Assembly (NCBI GenBank): GCA_034780895.1 | Contig: JAUZTB010000027.1 | Coordinates: forward strand, 11,437,178-11,501,177 | Source: Rhynchobatus australiae | Taxonomy: Eukaryota | Reading direction: 5' to 3' | DNA length: 64,000 bases | In this document: one piece after another, positions 1 to 13,834 of the stretch | How positions within the stretch are numbered: the first letter of the stretch is position 1 | How the letters are laid out: each line of letters begins with the position of its first letter | Program-made: the position numbers and the translations under genes | Notes under the pieces: model-generated | What the model saw: the letters and a program-made list of their open reading frames with translations, nothing else | Databases searched by the model: none | What the model was told of the DNA's origin: nothing

Positions 1-812
1 GCAACACCTCCAGCATGATTATTCTCAACACGGGTGCCCCACAAGGCTGCGTCCTCAGCCCCCTACTCGACTCTCTATACACTCATGAACCCGTCTACAT
101 CAACAGTGCTGAGGTTGAGAGGTTCAAGTTCCTTGAAGTGAACATCAGCAAAAGCCTGTCCTGGTCCAACCACGTAGATGACATGGCCAAGAAAGCTCAC
201 CAGCACCTCTACTTCCTCGGGAGGCTAAAGAAATTTGGCATGATCCCTTTGACACTCACCAACTTTTATTGATGCACCATAAGAAAGCATCCTATCTGGA
301 TGCATCATGGCTTGGTATGACAATCACTCTGCCTGGACTGTAAGAAACTACAGAGAGAATGGACACAGCCCAGCACATCACAGAATCCAGCCTCCCCTCC
401 AAGGACTCTGTCTATACTTATCGCTGCCTTGGTAAAGCAGCCAGCATAATCAAAGACCCCACCCACCCAAGATATTCTCTCTTCTCCCCCTCCCATCAGA
501 CAGAAGATACAAAAGCCTGAAAGCACGTACTGCCAGGCTCAAGGAGAGCTTCTATCCGACTGCTAGAAAACTATTGAAGGGTTCCTTTATACACCAAGAT
601 GGACTTCTGACCTCACAATCTATCTTGTTATGACCTTGCACCTTATTGTCTACCTGCACTGCACTTTCCCTGTAGCTGTGATACTTTACTCTGCATTGTG
701 TTGTTTTACCCTGTACTACCTCAATGCACTGTGCAAAGAATTGATCTGTATGAACAGTTTGCAAGACAAGTTTTTCACTGTACCTCAGTACAAGTGACAA
801 TCATAAATCAAT
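1..812 (+). mobile_element. Rex1/Babar-type LINE, 3' part with internal deletion
   Basis: ORF 15-272 has the RT motif NTGAPQGCVLSPLL joined directly to VERFKFL..KKAHQHLYFLGRLKKFG..LTNFY; the 3' UTR ends tgacaatcataaatcaattc. Confidence 0.9.
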
Positions 813-814
813 TC

Positions 815-1130
815 CAATGACAAGTCTCTACTTTCACCACCTCCAGGACATTAACACTTGCTGGTGAAAAAAATTCTTCCTTGTATCCCTTGTCCTGAAC
901 CTTAAATTTATTTCCTCTATTTCTTGTACCATCAGATAATTGAAATAATTTTTCTTTGCCTACCTTATAAAAACCTGTCATAATCTTGTACACTTGTATC
1001 AAACCTCCCGTCATCCTCCTTTGTTCCAAAAACCCTTCCAATCTAACCTTGCAGCTAAACTCCATCTCAAGAAACATTCTGTATCCTCTCAAGGTGCTTT
1101 ACCTTCTTCCTATTATGTTGCAACCAGAAC
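815..1130 (-). mobile_element. CR1/HER1 LINE 3' fragment
   Basis: Minus ORF 808-1092 LEQRRMTGGLIQVYKIMTGF..TRNRGNKFK resembles the CR1 ORF2 C-terminus. Confidence 0.85.
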
Positions 1131-1369
1131 TGCAAGCAGCACGCCAACCACGTCTCCCTCCCCACCCCCAACCTGTCCCCACACATTCTTTAGAATTATC
1201 TGCCCATTTTGCCAAGCTATTTCTTGTCTTTTCCTATCAATTATTATCATCNNNNNNNNNNNNNNNNNNNNNNNNNNNNNNNNNNNNNNNNNNNNNNNNN
1301 NNNNNNNNNNNNNNNNNNNNNNNNNNNNNNNNNNNNNNNNNNNNNNNNNNNATCCACACTGCAAACTCC

Positions 1370-1725
1370 CAAGTTTGGTATCAGTAGCAAGTTTTGAAAA
1401 TGTTCTCTGTATTCCAATAGCCAAGTCCTATATCTGCAAAAGCAATGAGTTGCGCACTTGGGGAAAACACCATTCTCCAGTCTGAAATAATCCAGTTACC
1501 ACAATTCACTGCCAAATTGTTATACAAGCTGATACAGATCCTCCCTTTTCTATGATCCTCAATTTTGTTAACCAGCTCTCTACAAGGTCGTTTGTCATAT
1601 TAACAATGTATTCCTTTCATACCTCTTCTCTGATACTCAACAAAAAAAAGTTAGTCAAACATGATCTGTCTTTTATACAATCATGCTGGCTCTCCTTAAA
1701 TAATTAAAACCTCTCAAAGTGCCTG
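1370..1725 (-). mobile_element. Old CR1 RT fragment
   Basis: tttggtatcagtagcaagttt (antisense of a KFADDTK-like motif) and downstream antisense RT-like tract. Confidence 0.6.
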
Positions 1726-2424
1726 TTAACTTTTTTTTTAGGTAATTTAAGGAGAAGGAGTGAACATAACGGGGTCAAGGTGTGATTTAGTCATTACAGC
1801 CAAATTGTCACTTTGGCATTTTAGGTATCAAATGGCAGACTGTGATATCAAATATGGAGGGTTCCATAAGGGACTAGATATTCATAGGCACCTAAGCCAC
1901 AACACCATTGGTATCATTCACAAATCCTCGAGTGAATTCAGAAGAAGTATGAAAGTTGGAAACAGTACAATCACCCGGAAATCCCAGCTGCAAGTGTAAT
2001 ATGTATGAGGATATTGTATGAGAAGAAAAATTCTGAAGTTGATTGCAGTGACTTTGCTGTCCCAAAATCTGCCCATACCTACTCAAGAATGATATTCACT
2101 GTTAAGCTATCACTGGAGATGGAAATCATCTCCAGTGAAAAGTCCAAAATCTTCAAAGAGAGAATACGTACGCAAAGAAAAGTGGAAAGAAGAAAAAAAA
2201 TTGTTCAGCTGTAGACAGCCATCAGTAAAGCATTTTGTTAGAAAGCAGCTCATTTGTAACACAGGTAACAAACTTTAGAAGCGTCCAGGGAGAAGAAGCA
2301 AGGCCAGTTAGGTCCTCCTTAAGTGTTCTATGCCCCATCCCCGCCCCCACCCCAAGCATAAATGAACTGAATGTCAGCACTGTTTAAGCTTGTACATATC
2401 GAACAAACATGCAGTGGAATACAA

Positions 2425-2665
2425 CACCATATGCTGGAATTACTCAATAGGGTGGGCAGCATCTGTATAGAGATAAACTGTTAAATGTTTCATGTCAATA
2501 TAGTCACAATGGGAAAAAGTCAGATGGAACACGTTTTAAGATGCAGATAAAATGGGTAGGAGGGGTTGCAGGAGGAGGTGGGAAAAGAATTAAAGATCAC
2601 TGCCCTGTCTGACTTGGTGAGTATTTCCAGCACTTTATTTCAAAGTTCCAACATCTGCGGTTCTT
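2425..2665. mobile_element. Penelope pLTR-derived short element with inverted ends
   Basis: atgctggaattactcaatagggtgggcagcatctg at the left; inverse ctgacttggtgagtatttccagca..ttccaacatctgc at the right. Confidence 0.7.
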
Positions 2666-5029
2666 TTTCATCATTTAGTAGAGATGCTAGATGCTCAGAA
2701 TATAAAACTGTAGCATTATGTTATTTCTAAATAGCAAATAGTCAACAATTCCAACCTGACAAGAATGATTGTGGGACTGTATCAAATCAATTTTTCCCTA
2801 AATATTGCCCAAAAAAATTAGATACAGATAAATGTGATGTATTATGAAATTACATACCCAAGAATAAAAAGAATGATATCCATGGGAATCTTAACATGAC
2901 GAAGTTAAACACAAGCAACACATTTGGGCAGATCTGTGAAAATGCAACTCCAGCAAGGCAATTTTATGAGGAAATTTTTGCATAAACCTGGATATATTTA
3001 ATTCATGTAATACCATGCTTTGATTCCAGACAAGCTGAATAAATCCATTTTCCTGAAAGCTGTGCTACTGAAGTAGAAGGTTTTGCAATGTACACACCCC
3101 TTTGCCAAGTTTCCATATCAACATTTCCCCGTTTAAAAGAAAGATTATGCATTTGACCAAAAGTATAAAAGCTGTCCATTTTGTAATACAATCTGAACAA
3201 TATGTGTGAGAGGAAGAATGTGGTGGCCTTGCTACATATATACCAGCACACTCAAGAAAATTGATAAGTCCAATCCAATTATAATGGAGTCAGAATTCAC
3301 TCCATTTCCATTGCCTCTGCACTGTTTCAAGTAATAGCAGTAAGCTTCATTTTCTATTTAATTTTACTAGGTTCCAGCACCTATTGAGTTAATTGGTTTT
3401 CTTCCCATTGATTTTATCTAAGTATCAATGGAAGAAAGCTGGAGAGGCTAAATTGCATCTCATTCAATCAATTTAATGCACGAGGAAAGATCTGTTTTTC
3501 TTTCAAAGAATAATGAATGAGGTTAATGATGCACAGACAGGCAAAAATAAGTAGTACTTGGCGCAACATGACTGCTGGATTCAATACCTAAATGGGACAG
3601 ACATGCTTCAGTAAACAGTAAAGCCACTTAAAAATATTTCATTCAATCCAAGGTTTAAATGCAAACAGCAGTAAATTTATGATTATACAAATAATGCATG
3701 TGCCATAAACAAAGAAAACTGTACTTCACACATACCAAGTTTTAATATGGATATTATGTTCCAATTGTTGGTTCTGAATTTCTGAATAATTAGGCCAAAG
3801 TCTTGCAAAAACTGGCACTTATATTGAATTATACATCTTTCATGCACATTTTTGAAAGAAATGAACCCCACCTGCAGCATTGCAAAAATATGCACAATTT
3901 TATATCGAGTACAAACAAAGGTGCAATTCATTTTCATTAAAAGCTCATAATTTTGTTTTTATGGAAGATATTTTGAAATACAAAATGATCAATAGTGCAT
4001 CTTAAAGTATGAATATGTTACAATTTGATTGGACTGTTCTAATATTGCATGACAAGATGTAAGCAACAAGGACCAAACCCAGGGTAATGCCAAAATCCAG
4101 AACAACAAGAAGTTTTCACGTTCCTTGGAAAACTGTTGACTAAACTGAGCAGTATATTTCCTGGCAGCTAGCAGCTATTCTGATTTACCATTGATCAGAT
4201 GCCTCATATTAAAAAAATATGGTTATTTATTCCAGTGTACAGCAAAGTAACCACAGCAACCACTACAGATATATACCACAACAAAAAAATTGATCGCATA
4301 CCACGAAGTGAAAAAGAAACCAGAGTATATTGTTCACATAAACTGAACCTTGGGACTGTATTTTAACCATACTGTACTATAACTCACGATTATCTTAATA
4401 TCTTGGTTGCTTAATGTTTGCACTCATGAGCAGTGACAGTAATTTACAGAGCTAGTGGGCAAATAACCATAAGCTGTTGTCAAAGTGGAAACTATTCCCC
4501 TTCCTTCCAAAAATTTGTGAGAGAATGATAGGTAGTGACAATTTAAGTTACTGCAGAGCAGATGGTTTTAATCCAAAAGTAATATTGTAGTCCACTCCAA
4601 AATGTGTAAAATTTATATATTTTTATTTTTGTCATGGAATTAATTTGTTCTCATTTCACTTTTCTTACTTGCATATTGCTGCCATAAATTCTTTACCTCT
4701 CCATTGTTCAAGAAAGAAGGTTATCTTGTCTGAGAAGCAAAGATATCTATGTTATATGGGTTTCCTTGTGAATTTTGCTGAAAATCAGATATACAACTTG
4801 CTCCCATCCTGTGGAAACTTTAGTTTTAGGGAAACACCTCCTTAGATCTAAAATATATGCAACTTTTGTCCTATAAACTTTAGATCAACTATGAAAAAAA
4901 TCAGTTCAAGCTTTGAAAGCCCACTTATTTTATTAATATTGTCCTGTTTTGTTTTACAATTTTTTTGCTTCATGTAATATTTAGCAAAATACAAATAAAC
5001 ATGAAAATACAGTCATCAACAAGAAGCAT

Positions 5030-5291
5030 TTTCCATCATGTTACTATTGCATCAGCCTCTGTCATTTCCCCTTTATTCCAGGTACTTATCACTCTGTGTT
5101 TAAAAAAAAGCTTGCCATATAAATCTCCTTTAAACTTTCCCCCTCTCGTAATAAAGCTCTGCCCTCTAGTATTTGACATTTCCACCCTGGGAAAAATACT
5201 CTATCTATGCCCCTCATAATTTTATATCTTTTATCACGTCAACCCCTCAGCCTCCGGTGCTCCAAACCGTGCGCAGCTCTGGTCGTCACAT
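5030..5291 (-). mobile_element. CR1 3' fragment running into a gap
   Basis: actctgtgtttaaaaaaa..ctctgccctctagtatttgac..cccctcagcctc is antisense CR1 3' end. Confidence 0.8.
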
Positions 5292-6279
5292 NNNNNNNNN
5301 NNNNNNNNNNNNNNNNNNNNNNNNNNNNNNNNNNNNNNNNNNNNNNNNNNNNNNNNNNNNNNNNNNNNNNNNNNNNNNNNNNNNNNNNNNNNNNNNNNNN
5401 NNNNNNNNNNNNNNNNNNNNNNNNNNNNNNNNNNNNNNNNNNNNNNNNNNNNNNNNNNNNNNNNNNNNNNNNNNNNNNNNNNNNNNNNNNNNNNNNNNNN
5501 NNNNNNNNNNNNNNNNNNNNNNNNNNNNNNNNNNNNNNNNNNNNNNNNNNNNNNNNNNNNNNNNNNNNNNNNNNNNNNNNNNNNNNNNNNNNNNNNNNNN
5601 NNNNNNNNNNNNNNNNNNNNNNNNNNNNNNNNNNNNNNNNNNNNNNNNNNNNNNNNNNNNNNNNNNNNNNNNNNNNNNNNNNNNNNNNNNNNNNNNNNNN
5701 NNNNNNNNNNNNNNNNNNNNNNNNNNNNNNNNNNNNNNNNNNNNNNNNNNNNNNNNNNNNNNNNNNNNNNNNNNNNNNNNNNNNNNNNNNNNNNNNNNNN
5801 NNNNNNNNNNNNNNNNNNNNNNNNNNNNNNNNNNNNNNNNNNNNNNNNNNNNNNNNNNNTATCTATGTGTGCTGCCACTTTCAGGGAGCTTATGGACTTA
5901 CATCCTCAAGATCCCTCTTAATATACATAAAGGTCTGCACAGAATGTAAATACAGGCTTATCAAATGATCACACACATTCCAAAAATGGAAAAAAAAAGA
6001 GACAGATAGATTAACTGCTAGAAAATGCTTCAGATATAGTTCTTTCATTGGAATTCTTACTTTCTAACCCCTTGTGCAGATGCTGATTGATCCATTTCCA
6101 AAACTATGAGCTGCAGTTTCAGATTTCTAACATTTGCAATATTTTGCTTTTTAGAGCAACTTGAATAGAAATTTGTCCCAAGGTGCATGCATTGAGAAGG
6201 TGATGTAGTGAAGTATGCACATTGTATTCCACTTCTGCAAATGAGTCAATGGAACCAAATTTCAGAAACAGATTTCAGG

Positions 6280-6990
6280 GATACAACAGTGGTGCCGCAA
6301 GCAGTGCAGCTGCCACACAGCTCCAGCAACCTGGATTTGATGATGACCTGCTGTGCTGTCTGTGTGGTTTGCACACTGTCCCTGTGGCTAATTGGTTTCC
6401 CTTGATGCTCTAGTTTCCTCCCACTCCCATTGGCAAGTCGGATGGTCGGGTTAATTGACCAAGTCAAGTCGAGTTTATTGTCACATGCACAAGTATGGTG
6501 AGGTACAGGTACAATGAAAAACTTGCTTGCAGTAGCATCAGTGGCACATCGGTATTATACATAAATAATGCATAAATTATATGAGACAATTGGGAGAGAA
6601 AAAAATGGCTGTACATATACAAGACATCAGTGCAAAAAAAACACAAAAAGAGAGGCAAGTCACGGTAGTGCAAGAGGTGATTTGTAGTGTTTCATTGCTG
6701 NNNNNNNNNNNNNNNNNNNNNNNNNNNNNNNNNNNNNNNNNNNNNNNNNNNNNNNNNNNNNNNNNNNNNNNNNNNNNNNNNNNNNNNNNNNNNNNNNNNN
6801 NNNNNNNNNNNNNNNNNNNNNNNNNNNNNNNNNNNNNNNNNNNNNNNNNNNNNNNNNNNNNNNNNNNNNNTGATGGGCATGTCCGAGAGAATAGCTTTCA
6901 GGGAAATAAGTGAGGAAATGGATTGATGGAATTGCTCTGAGTGTCTCCATAAGCTTAATGGACCAAGGGGGCCTCTTCTATTATGTATCA
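6280..6990 (+). mobile_element. HE1-like V-SINE, split by a Rex1 insertion
   Basis: tRNA-like head, then V-domain-like gtctgtgtggtttgcacactgtccctgtggct..ggtttcc..gtttcctcccac (to ~6460); CR1-like tail resumes at 6871-6990. Confidence 0.75.
6461..6700 (-). mobile_element. Rex1 3' UTR
   Basis: aagtcaagtcgagtttattgtcacatgcacaag..gaaaaacttgcttgcagtagcatca, the antisense of the tail at 22200-22288. Confidence 0.8.
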
Positions 6991-7249
6991 AAAGCATACA
7001 CTGCTATACACCAATTGAAGATTTGTCGTCAGGGATGAATTCCTACCCAGCTTGGTTTCGATCACAACTGCTTAATCCCTTCAGTAGTCTCATGATGTCT
7101 CAGTAGACTACATTAAATGCTATTTGCTGGTCAACAGCCCACCTTCAGAATTTAGCCAAGTAGGTCCATTCCTTTCTCCTATATTTCCAAATGTTCTTAG
7201 TTGTTGCTTAAATATTATTTCTTTGAAACATAAAAACAATGACAGTAAT

Positions 7250-7420
7250 TTATATTGAACTTTTCACATCCTCGATCCTCCCCACAGAAATAATGGAGTG
7301 TCATGACTACTGTAATGTCGATAATTTACACACAGGAGGATCACAAAGACAACATGATAATGACCAGGCAATCAGCTTTGTTACTGATGGTGTTTGACAG
7401 ATAAATATTGGCTGGCATCA
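7250..7420 (-). mobile_element. SacSINE1-like Deu-SINE fragment
   Basis: gataatgaccaggcaatc..gataaatattggctgg is antisense of the region around the Deu-domain end. Confidence 0.6.
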
Positions 7421-7454
7421 AACCACATTGAAATCCAATCCATTAATTTAACCA

Positions 7455-7865
7455 AAGTGACTGGCCTAATGATCCAGAATCTCAACAGCTGTTGAATTCG
7501 AATTCAGGTAATTAAATAATCTGGATTACTAATAATCAAAGATAGTATCTGCAATAGTGAACAGAAAACTACTGGAATGTCATAAAATCCATCCAGTTCA
7601 CTACTGACCTTGAGAGAAGGAAACTTGCCATCCTTACCTTGTTTCCTTTGCATGCATCTCCTGACCCACGGCAATTTAGTTGACTCTTTGTCACCCTCTA
7701 CAATGGCTTAGCAAGCAACTTGATTATATCAAAACTATTCTGTTTCATTCCCTACCTGTGGAAATACTTTTAAAACGTTTATGGTGGCTTCTCACCGCTA
7801 CCTTCTCAAGGACAACTGGAGATGGACAAAAATGCAGGTTTTGCCAATAATGGCCACATTCCCTT
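7455..7865 (+). mobile_element. Elasmobranch SINE with CR1-like tail
   Basis: gaaggaaacttgccatccttacc..ctcaccgctaccttctcaagg..ggccacattcc; the same tail occurs at 32660-32768 and 54030-54215. Confidence 0.6.
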
Positions 7866-8989
7866 TGTTCAGTAAAAGGCGTTTCTCCTTGAGGTTTCAT
7901 ATTCCAAGAGTTGACTACAAGACTTCAACTGCAATGTAACCACATTGGTTACATTGATCATAGCTTTTACATTGATCTCGCAGTTACATTGATCATATTA
8001 ATATATTAACATTTATCATAGCTTTTTTGTATTGTGCTCTAATTCTATTTATGGAGCTGAGGATCACACATGCCTTTTAGTAGCCTTGGCAACCTTCAAG
8101 ATATGGGTGTCTGAGTGATTTNNNNNNNNNNTGAAGCGATTTTAAATTGGATTAAGAATGATATTTTCAATATAGTTGGTTCACTTCACAAACATAATCA
8201 AGATTTCAGTATGACACTCAAATCTGTTAATTATACTTTTAATTGACATTAGGCTCCAACCAAGCCATGGGTTTTGATTTGGAATTTCAGTATTCCCAGA
8301 AGCCTTCACGAAAAATGGGTTGAGGCCAATATACTTTAATGTTAAATATTAAATCTGTGCTATACTTTTATATTATTTCAAGTTCTTCTCAATAATCACT
8401 GCCTTGTAGCCATACTAGCTTCTCTGTCAATCCCTCCAAAACTTTCTCATGAGAGTGTGCGCACATTTGGAATGGCGACACCTGTAATTCTTTAGCTGTA
8501 CATTTTTGCATAATCCAAGCAAACACAGCAGGAAAATTTCACACTCCTAACAGAAATCCAAGCAATACTACGGTGTTACAAGAGTTTTTGCAAGAAAACG
8601 CAGCCTACCATAAATAAAGACAAACTAAACAAAGAAAAGAATTAATAAATGTATTATGATCTGTGGACTTTAACCCCAGTGAAAATTTATAGTCCAGCAT
8701 TGAAAACGCGCTAACTCGCAGTGAAGATCTGTTGAGCGTTATCACAGAGAGTGGTTTCATGTCACTATATTAAAAAGATTGCCAACTTAATGTGGCACCA
8801 TGCTCAGTGATAGACTTCTTGTTAATATAAATGAACATCTCCATGACTGCCAGAAGATTTAAGCAGCACTGAACTTCACTTTAGAACTAGAAGATGTAAA
8901 TCTGTGGTGGATGACCCTATAAATCTTAACGTTGAACTCTTATGTGCCAAAGGCTTTCACACTTGCTATGTCTTTGATCTTTCACAACT

Positions 8990-9680
8990 TTCTTGTGTTC
9001 CATCTGAACAATTACTGTACATCCAAATAATTTTTAAAAGAGGGCTAGGTTCCTGTTGATTATGGAGTTAAGAGCTTAAACCTGTCATAGACCAGGTAAT
9101 AACTATTCTCCTTGTGGGGTGGCTATGTGGGAACTATTTGGAATTGGGGTGAAATTGGAATATTTTAACCACTCAGGGTGAGAGGGCTTGGTGTGGGAGC
9201 CAGTAATTCGGAGCTGTTGCATGATGTCCTGTTGATAACATTTTATTAAGGCTTTGGCTTGCAAGAGTTTGAATGGCTAAAATGGTCCTATTGGTAGAGT
9301 AGTAGTAGAGGCAGACGTGATATGATTTGTATTTGGCAACTTGCGTTTAGGGTCTTGAAGGTGGACAACACCTGTGAAAGACAAAGAAGTGTGTCCTCAT
9401 GGAATGAATGTGATTTTAAAAAAATACATGCAGTCTATAAAGGATACAACATTTCCTTGAGTGAAGTTTACTTCAATGTTTTGCTGGAAAAAGTATCTGC
9501 TTTCAGCTAGTTGTCTCATTTTTTTTGAAGTGCTTTCTAAATTGGTATGATCTGGGAATTTACTTTTGATTTTCAGCCTTTTTTTAGGTCATTGTAATGT
9601 TTGGTGATGTTTTCCTGCTGCTGAAGTTAAGTTTTCACAGCTTGCCTGTTGGATGATGTTTGTTGAAACCTCTACATTCT
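8990..9680 (-). mobile_element. Possible old Penelope-like fragment
   Basis: G/T-rich tract whose minus strand weakly resembles the Cys-linker/GIY-YIG end of Penelope ORFs; very decayed. Confidence 0.3.
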
Positions 9681-9687
9681 TAACCAC

Positions 9688-9807
9688 ACCTCTACCACAC
9701 CTAGAGTACTGTGTTCAGTTCTGGTCACTTCATTATAGGAAGGACGTGGAGGCATTAGAGAGGGTGCAGAGGAGATTTACCAGGATGTTGCCTGGATTAG
9801 AGTGTAT
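9688..9807 (+). mobile_element. Young CR1 fragment before a gap
   Basis: [36 protein letters not shown]. Confidence 0.92.
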
Positions 9808-10239
9808 NNNNNNNNNNNNNNNNNNNNNNNNNNNNNNNNNNNNNNNNNNNNNNNNNNNNNNNNNNNNNNNNNNNNNNNNNNNNNNNNNNNNNNNNNNNNN
9901 NNNNNNNGTGGATGATCTGAAATGTCGGCAATTAGTACACCAATAAATCTCAATGAATAATTAGAAAAATGAAAAAAATCTGCAAATCCCTGGAGGAGAT
10001 AGTGAAGCAGTGATATATGCATAAAGGAATGGTCCAACCTCAATCAACAGTAAAAGAATATGCAGAGCGCGGCATTTTGAATATTCAGATACAATCTCTG
10101 TGCTAAGCAATATGCACAAAATAATGAGAATAGAGTCATAATTAATTATTGGTTAGAAACTGTTAACAATTTTTTAAAGTTGCATTAGACACTTAAAAAT
10201 GAAATCATTTGCCATATCTGAATTCTTCTATTCAGAGAA

Positions 10240-11400
10240 ATCCTGCAGAATACCCCCAAATCATCTAATTGTTTCTTAAATAAATTACTTCTCTGAGATC
10301 TGGAACTATCCAGTGTTCATCACTCTCTGCATGAAGTACCACGTGCTATCAATCCTAAAATCACCTATTACCACTTTGAATCCCCGTCTCCTTGTTTTAC
10401 AGTTTAATTTAAAGTAGTATTTCAAACTAACCTTTTCCATTCCATTAACTACCTTTATATACCTCTATAAAATCAGAATCTCAAACGTCTTTTTTTTCAA
10501 ACTGAAAAGCCCAAGTCTCTCCAACCTTCCCTCATAATTCAGACTCCTGACATTAGGGATTCAAATGCAAAGTTTTTATGTGCACTCCCTTTAGCTTTTG
10601 ATTCTCCTTTTTGTTCCTTAGTACCCAGAAATGTCCACAATATTGAAGCATTGTTCTGAGCAGAGAACTGCACAGTAATAATTACAACCTCTTCAGCTTA
10701 TGTTTTTCCTACTTTTTCCACTATTCAGTCCAGCATTGCTGAAGGTTGCTCTGCAATAGTTGGAAAACTATGAAGGATCTTTGGTTCTCTTATGTTCTTT
10801 CCATTGCATTTTCAGCACTGACCAAATGCAAATTTTCTTTCTATTTGTCGTGTTTTACATTTATCAACATTAAATATCATCTGCTACCATTTCGTACACT
10901 CACTTTATTATACCAAATCTCTAAACTTTGGGTATATTCCTTTAGCGTCCTAATTTTGGCATCATTGGAGATTTGAGTTTTTGATCAAGTTAGAAGTGGT
11001 CTTAGTTGTAATTCCAAGTCCTGAAGCATACTACTGTCATATTCCTCTAATATTAACAGCCTGTTTCACACAATTCAACCTATTTAGTTCAATCAGTTTT
11101 TGGACTTACCTTCAAAGCTGTGTTCAACTATTTGCCTTTCATACAGGAATTTCAGAAAACACATTTTAAAAACTTAATTGCACAAGAGTTTATGGGTTTG
11201 CTACAATTCACTTCCATTGTTATTTCCTCAAAGAGATCAAGGCTAGCCATACTCATCTCTTTCTAACACCTTGCTGCTGATCTTGCCTTTTTGTTGTACA
11301 AATTATCCACAGTGCCATTCCTTTGTTAAAAACAGAAGATCAATAGGTCTGCAGTTGACAGATTCCATTTTGCCACTTTCCCACCAGTGCAAGCACCACT
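10240..11400 (-). mobile_element. Old CR1 LINE, fragmented
   Basis: Antisense CR1 3' region, e.g. atatacctctataaaatc and gaaaagcccaagtctctccaaccttccctcataa. Confidence 0.65.
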
Positions 11401-13104
11401 ATGTAGTGATACCAAAAATTACTGTGAATTCAAGTTTCTGAAACTATTCATAATTCTGTTCAATAAGGCACATACCTGTTCTATTGTTCTTGTCAATAAT
11501 CAGTAGAAAAATAATATCAAACATTGGGATTCATCAATTTATAACCAAGTTATAAATTTATAACCAAAGATATAAATAATTATCTTTACAATGAAGCATT
11601 ATGCTGCTGCTATAGTGCAATTTCATCAAGATATTCACTGAAATACCGTAGTAGATAACTGCATAAAAATTTGGACAGACCTGGGGTCTTCGACATCCAC
11701 ACAAGGTCTGATGGGGTCCCAATTTACTCACTCATCAGAAATTGAGGACCTCCAAATGTACAGCCATTAATAGTTACAGAGCTGTCTCAGGAATCTAAAA
11801 TAGAACTTGTATCCACAACTGCCTGACGCAAATTTAAACTAATACCACTGAACTGCGACTGGAATGGAAAAACAAGCAATTGCACGCAAGCAAATTTCAC
11901 TTATAATCAGATGAACACAAAATATACTGACAGTTAAAGGAAAATCTTTAAAAATCTTTGATTTGTCTGTCCCCATCAACATTTGATTGAAGAATAACGA
12001 GAACATGGCGTGTGATAGAATCAAGACCAAATTGTTAATCACATGGTTATTTTTCTGAATGAGTCATTTAAATGAAAGTTTGAGAACAAAACAATGTTCT
12101 GAGAAGCATCACAATTTATATATATTTCAGAATAATAACAAGGATCATTACTGCTCAAAAAGAACCCCCCCCCACCCTCCCCCGATAACCCAGAGTTTTT
12201 CAATTTTGCAAAAATCACCTGCACAAAACCTCTAAGTTTAAGATTTTAATTTTTTAAACAAATTATCCAAAGTGTTTCCCTTCAAATTAAAACCAAAAGC
12301 AGCATCTAAATCATATAATACCATCCAGTATCGACTCATGCAATATGTTAATATATGGAGAACTTTCATTTCACTTTCATTAGAGACGTTATTTAGCATT
12401 TTTAATTTTTGACACAGATGAAATTATTCACAGTATTTGCATAAAGTCACTGAAAGGTTTCCAGATAACACTGATAAATTAAACCTGTAAATACATGTGT
12501 TTAGTTCTTATAAGGATATCATATCCCCAGCTTGTAAGTTAAAGCATAAAATTCAGAAATTCTCCAAAATAATTGCTTACACAATTGTATCAACAGATAA
12601 TTGTTTTAAAAGTAAAATCCCACAACTGAATGATATAGTCAAGTCTTTGAATCACAAAAATGACATGTCATAACAAATGCTGTAACTTATGCCAAAAGCA
12701 CCTGCAGGTCCAAGAGCATGGTTCATTGTCAAGAGAAAAGTCAAAGAATTAAATCCAATTGAATATCATCAACTCTTCTTCTGGACATTACAACTATTTC
12801 AGATTAATTTATGGTTTACATGTTTTGTGCTCTCTCTGAATCATTTTTCAACATAATTGTTTTTACACTTGAAAAAGTGATCAAGTGTTTAAAGCACTTA
12901 AGAAACTGTACAAAACAGGCACAAATATACAAATTGGAAGGAAAAAGAAAATGTGGCGAGTTAGCAATCCTGCACTTAAAGAAATTAGCACACGGAACAT
13001 TAATGGGCAAAATCATGCACACTCCATGGTGATAATGAGTCAAAACTGCATCACTGCACTACAGTGCCACTAAGTTGGAGCCAAATAAGAGCACACCACG
13101 AAGC

Positions 13105-13400
13105 AAGCAAAGTCAAAGTCAAGTTTATTGTCATATGTATAGAGGTGTATCAGGGAATATCAGAGGTGCAATGAAAAACTTACTTGCAGCAGCATCACAG
13201 GCACATAGCATCATATAAGCAGCAATCACAAGTAAAACATAAATTAAACACACAGTATATATAATTTTTACAAGAAGACAATTCGCACAAAACAAAATGA
13301 AGTCCATTTTAGAGCAAAGTTATCAAAGTAGTCAATCTGTGTTGCTAAACTGCAGTGATAATTACATGATGATGAACAGAGATTATAAGAACCCTGCATT
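13105..13400 (-). mobile_element. Rex1 3' UTR
   Basis: aaagtcaaagtcaagtttattgtcatatg..aacttacttgcagcagcatcacaggcacatagcatcatataagcagca. Confidence 0.85.
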
Positions 13401-13479
13401 CTTGTTATATTCATAGAGTGCACTCTCAGCCACTGGACACTAAATATTTGCAACTACCACTGAGAATCAAAAGTTGAAA

Positions 13480-13755
13480 GAAACCTGCAGAACACTTGAG
13501 AGAACTGAAGCAAACAAGGAGTAAATACAAATACTTCAGGGAGGATCAGGTGCTCAAAGAGAGAAGGAAGGAAGGGGTCCAGTAGCAGGATGCAAGAGAA
13601 ATAGTGGTAAGAGTCAGGATTGGAGGGACGGGTACTGGTGAGAGTTTGAGTGTAAGCATAGTGAAGGGAAGCATATTCAGGAACAAGGAGGGTTGACAAA
13701 GAAAAGGGGTCATGATGAGGATGGATGAGGAGAGGGCTAAGTGGTAGTTGTTGGG
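13480..13755 (-). mobile_element. Possible L2 fragment
   Basis: Purine-rich tract typical of antisense L2 endonuclease/linker; decayed. Confidence 0.35.
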
Positions 13756-13834
13756 CAAGAAAACAACCTCAGAATCCTCCTCTGCATGCATGTGCACGTG
13801 TCATGCCTACACACGTGCCCATTTCCATGTGGCA

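Noticed and set aside
5173-5968. Long ORFs of 200+ aa
   Set aside because: They are almost entirely N-gap translated as X.
11732-11794. 63-nt minus-strand exon candidate
   Set aside because: Stops in all three frames and no other support.
13745-13830. HDV-like ribozyme upstream of the RTE 5' UTR
   Set aside because: Could not assemble the nested double pseudoknot by eye.
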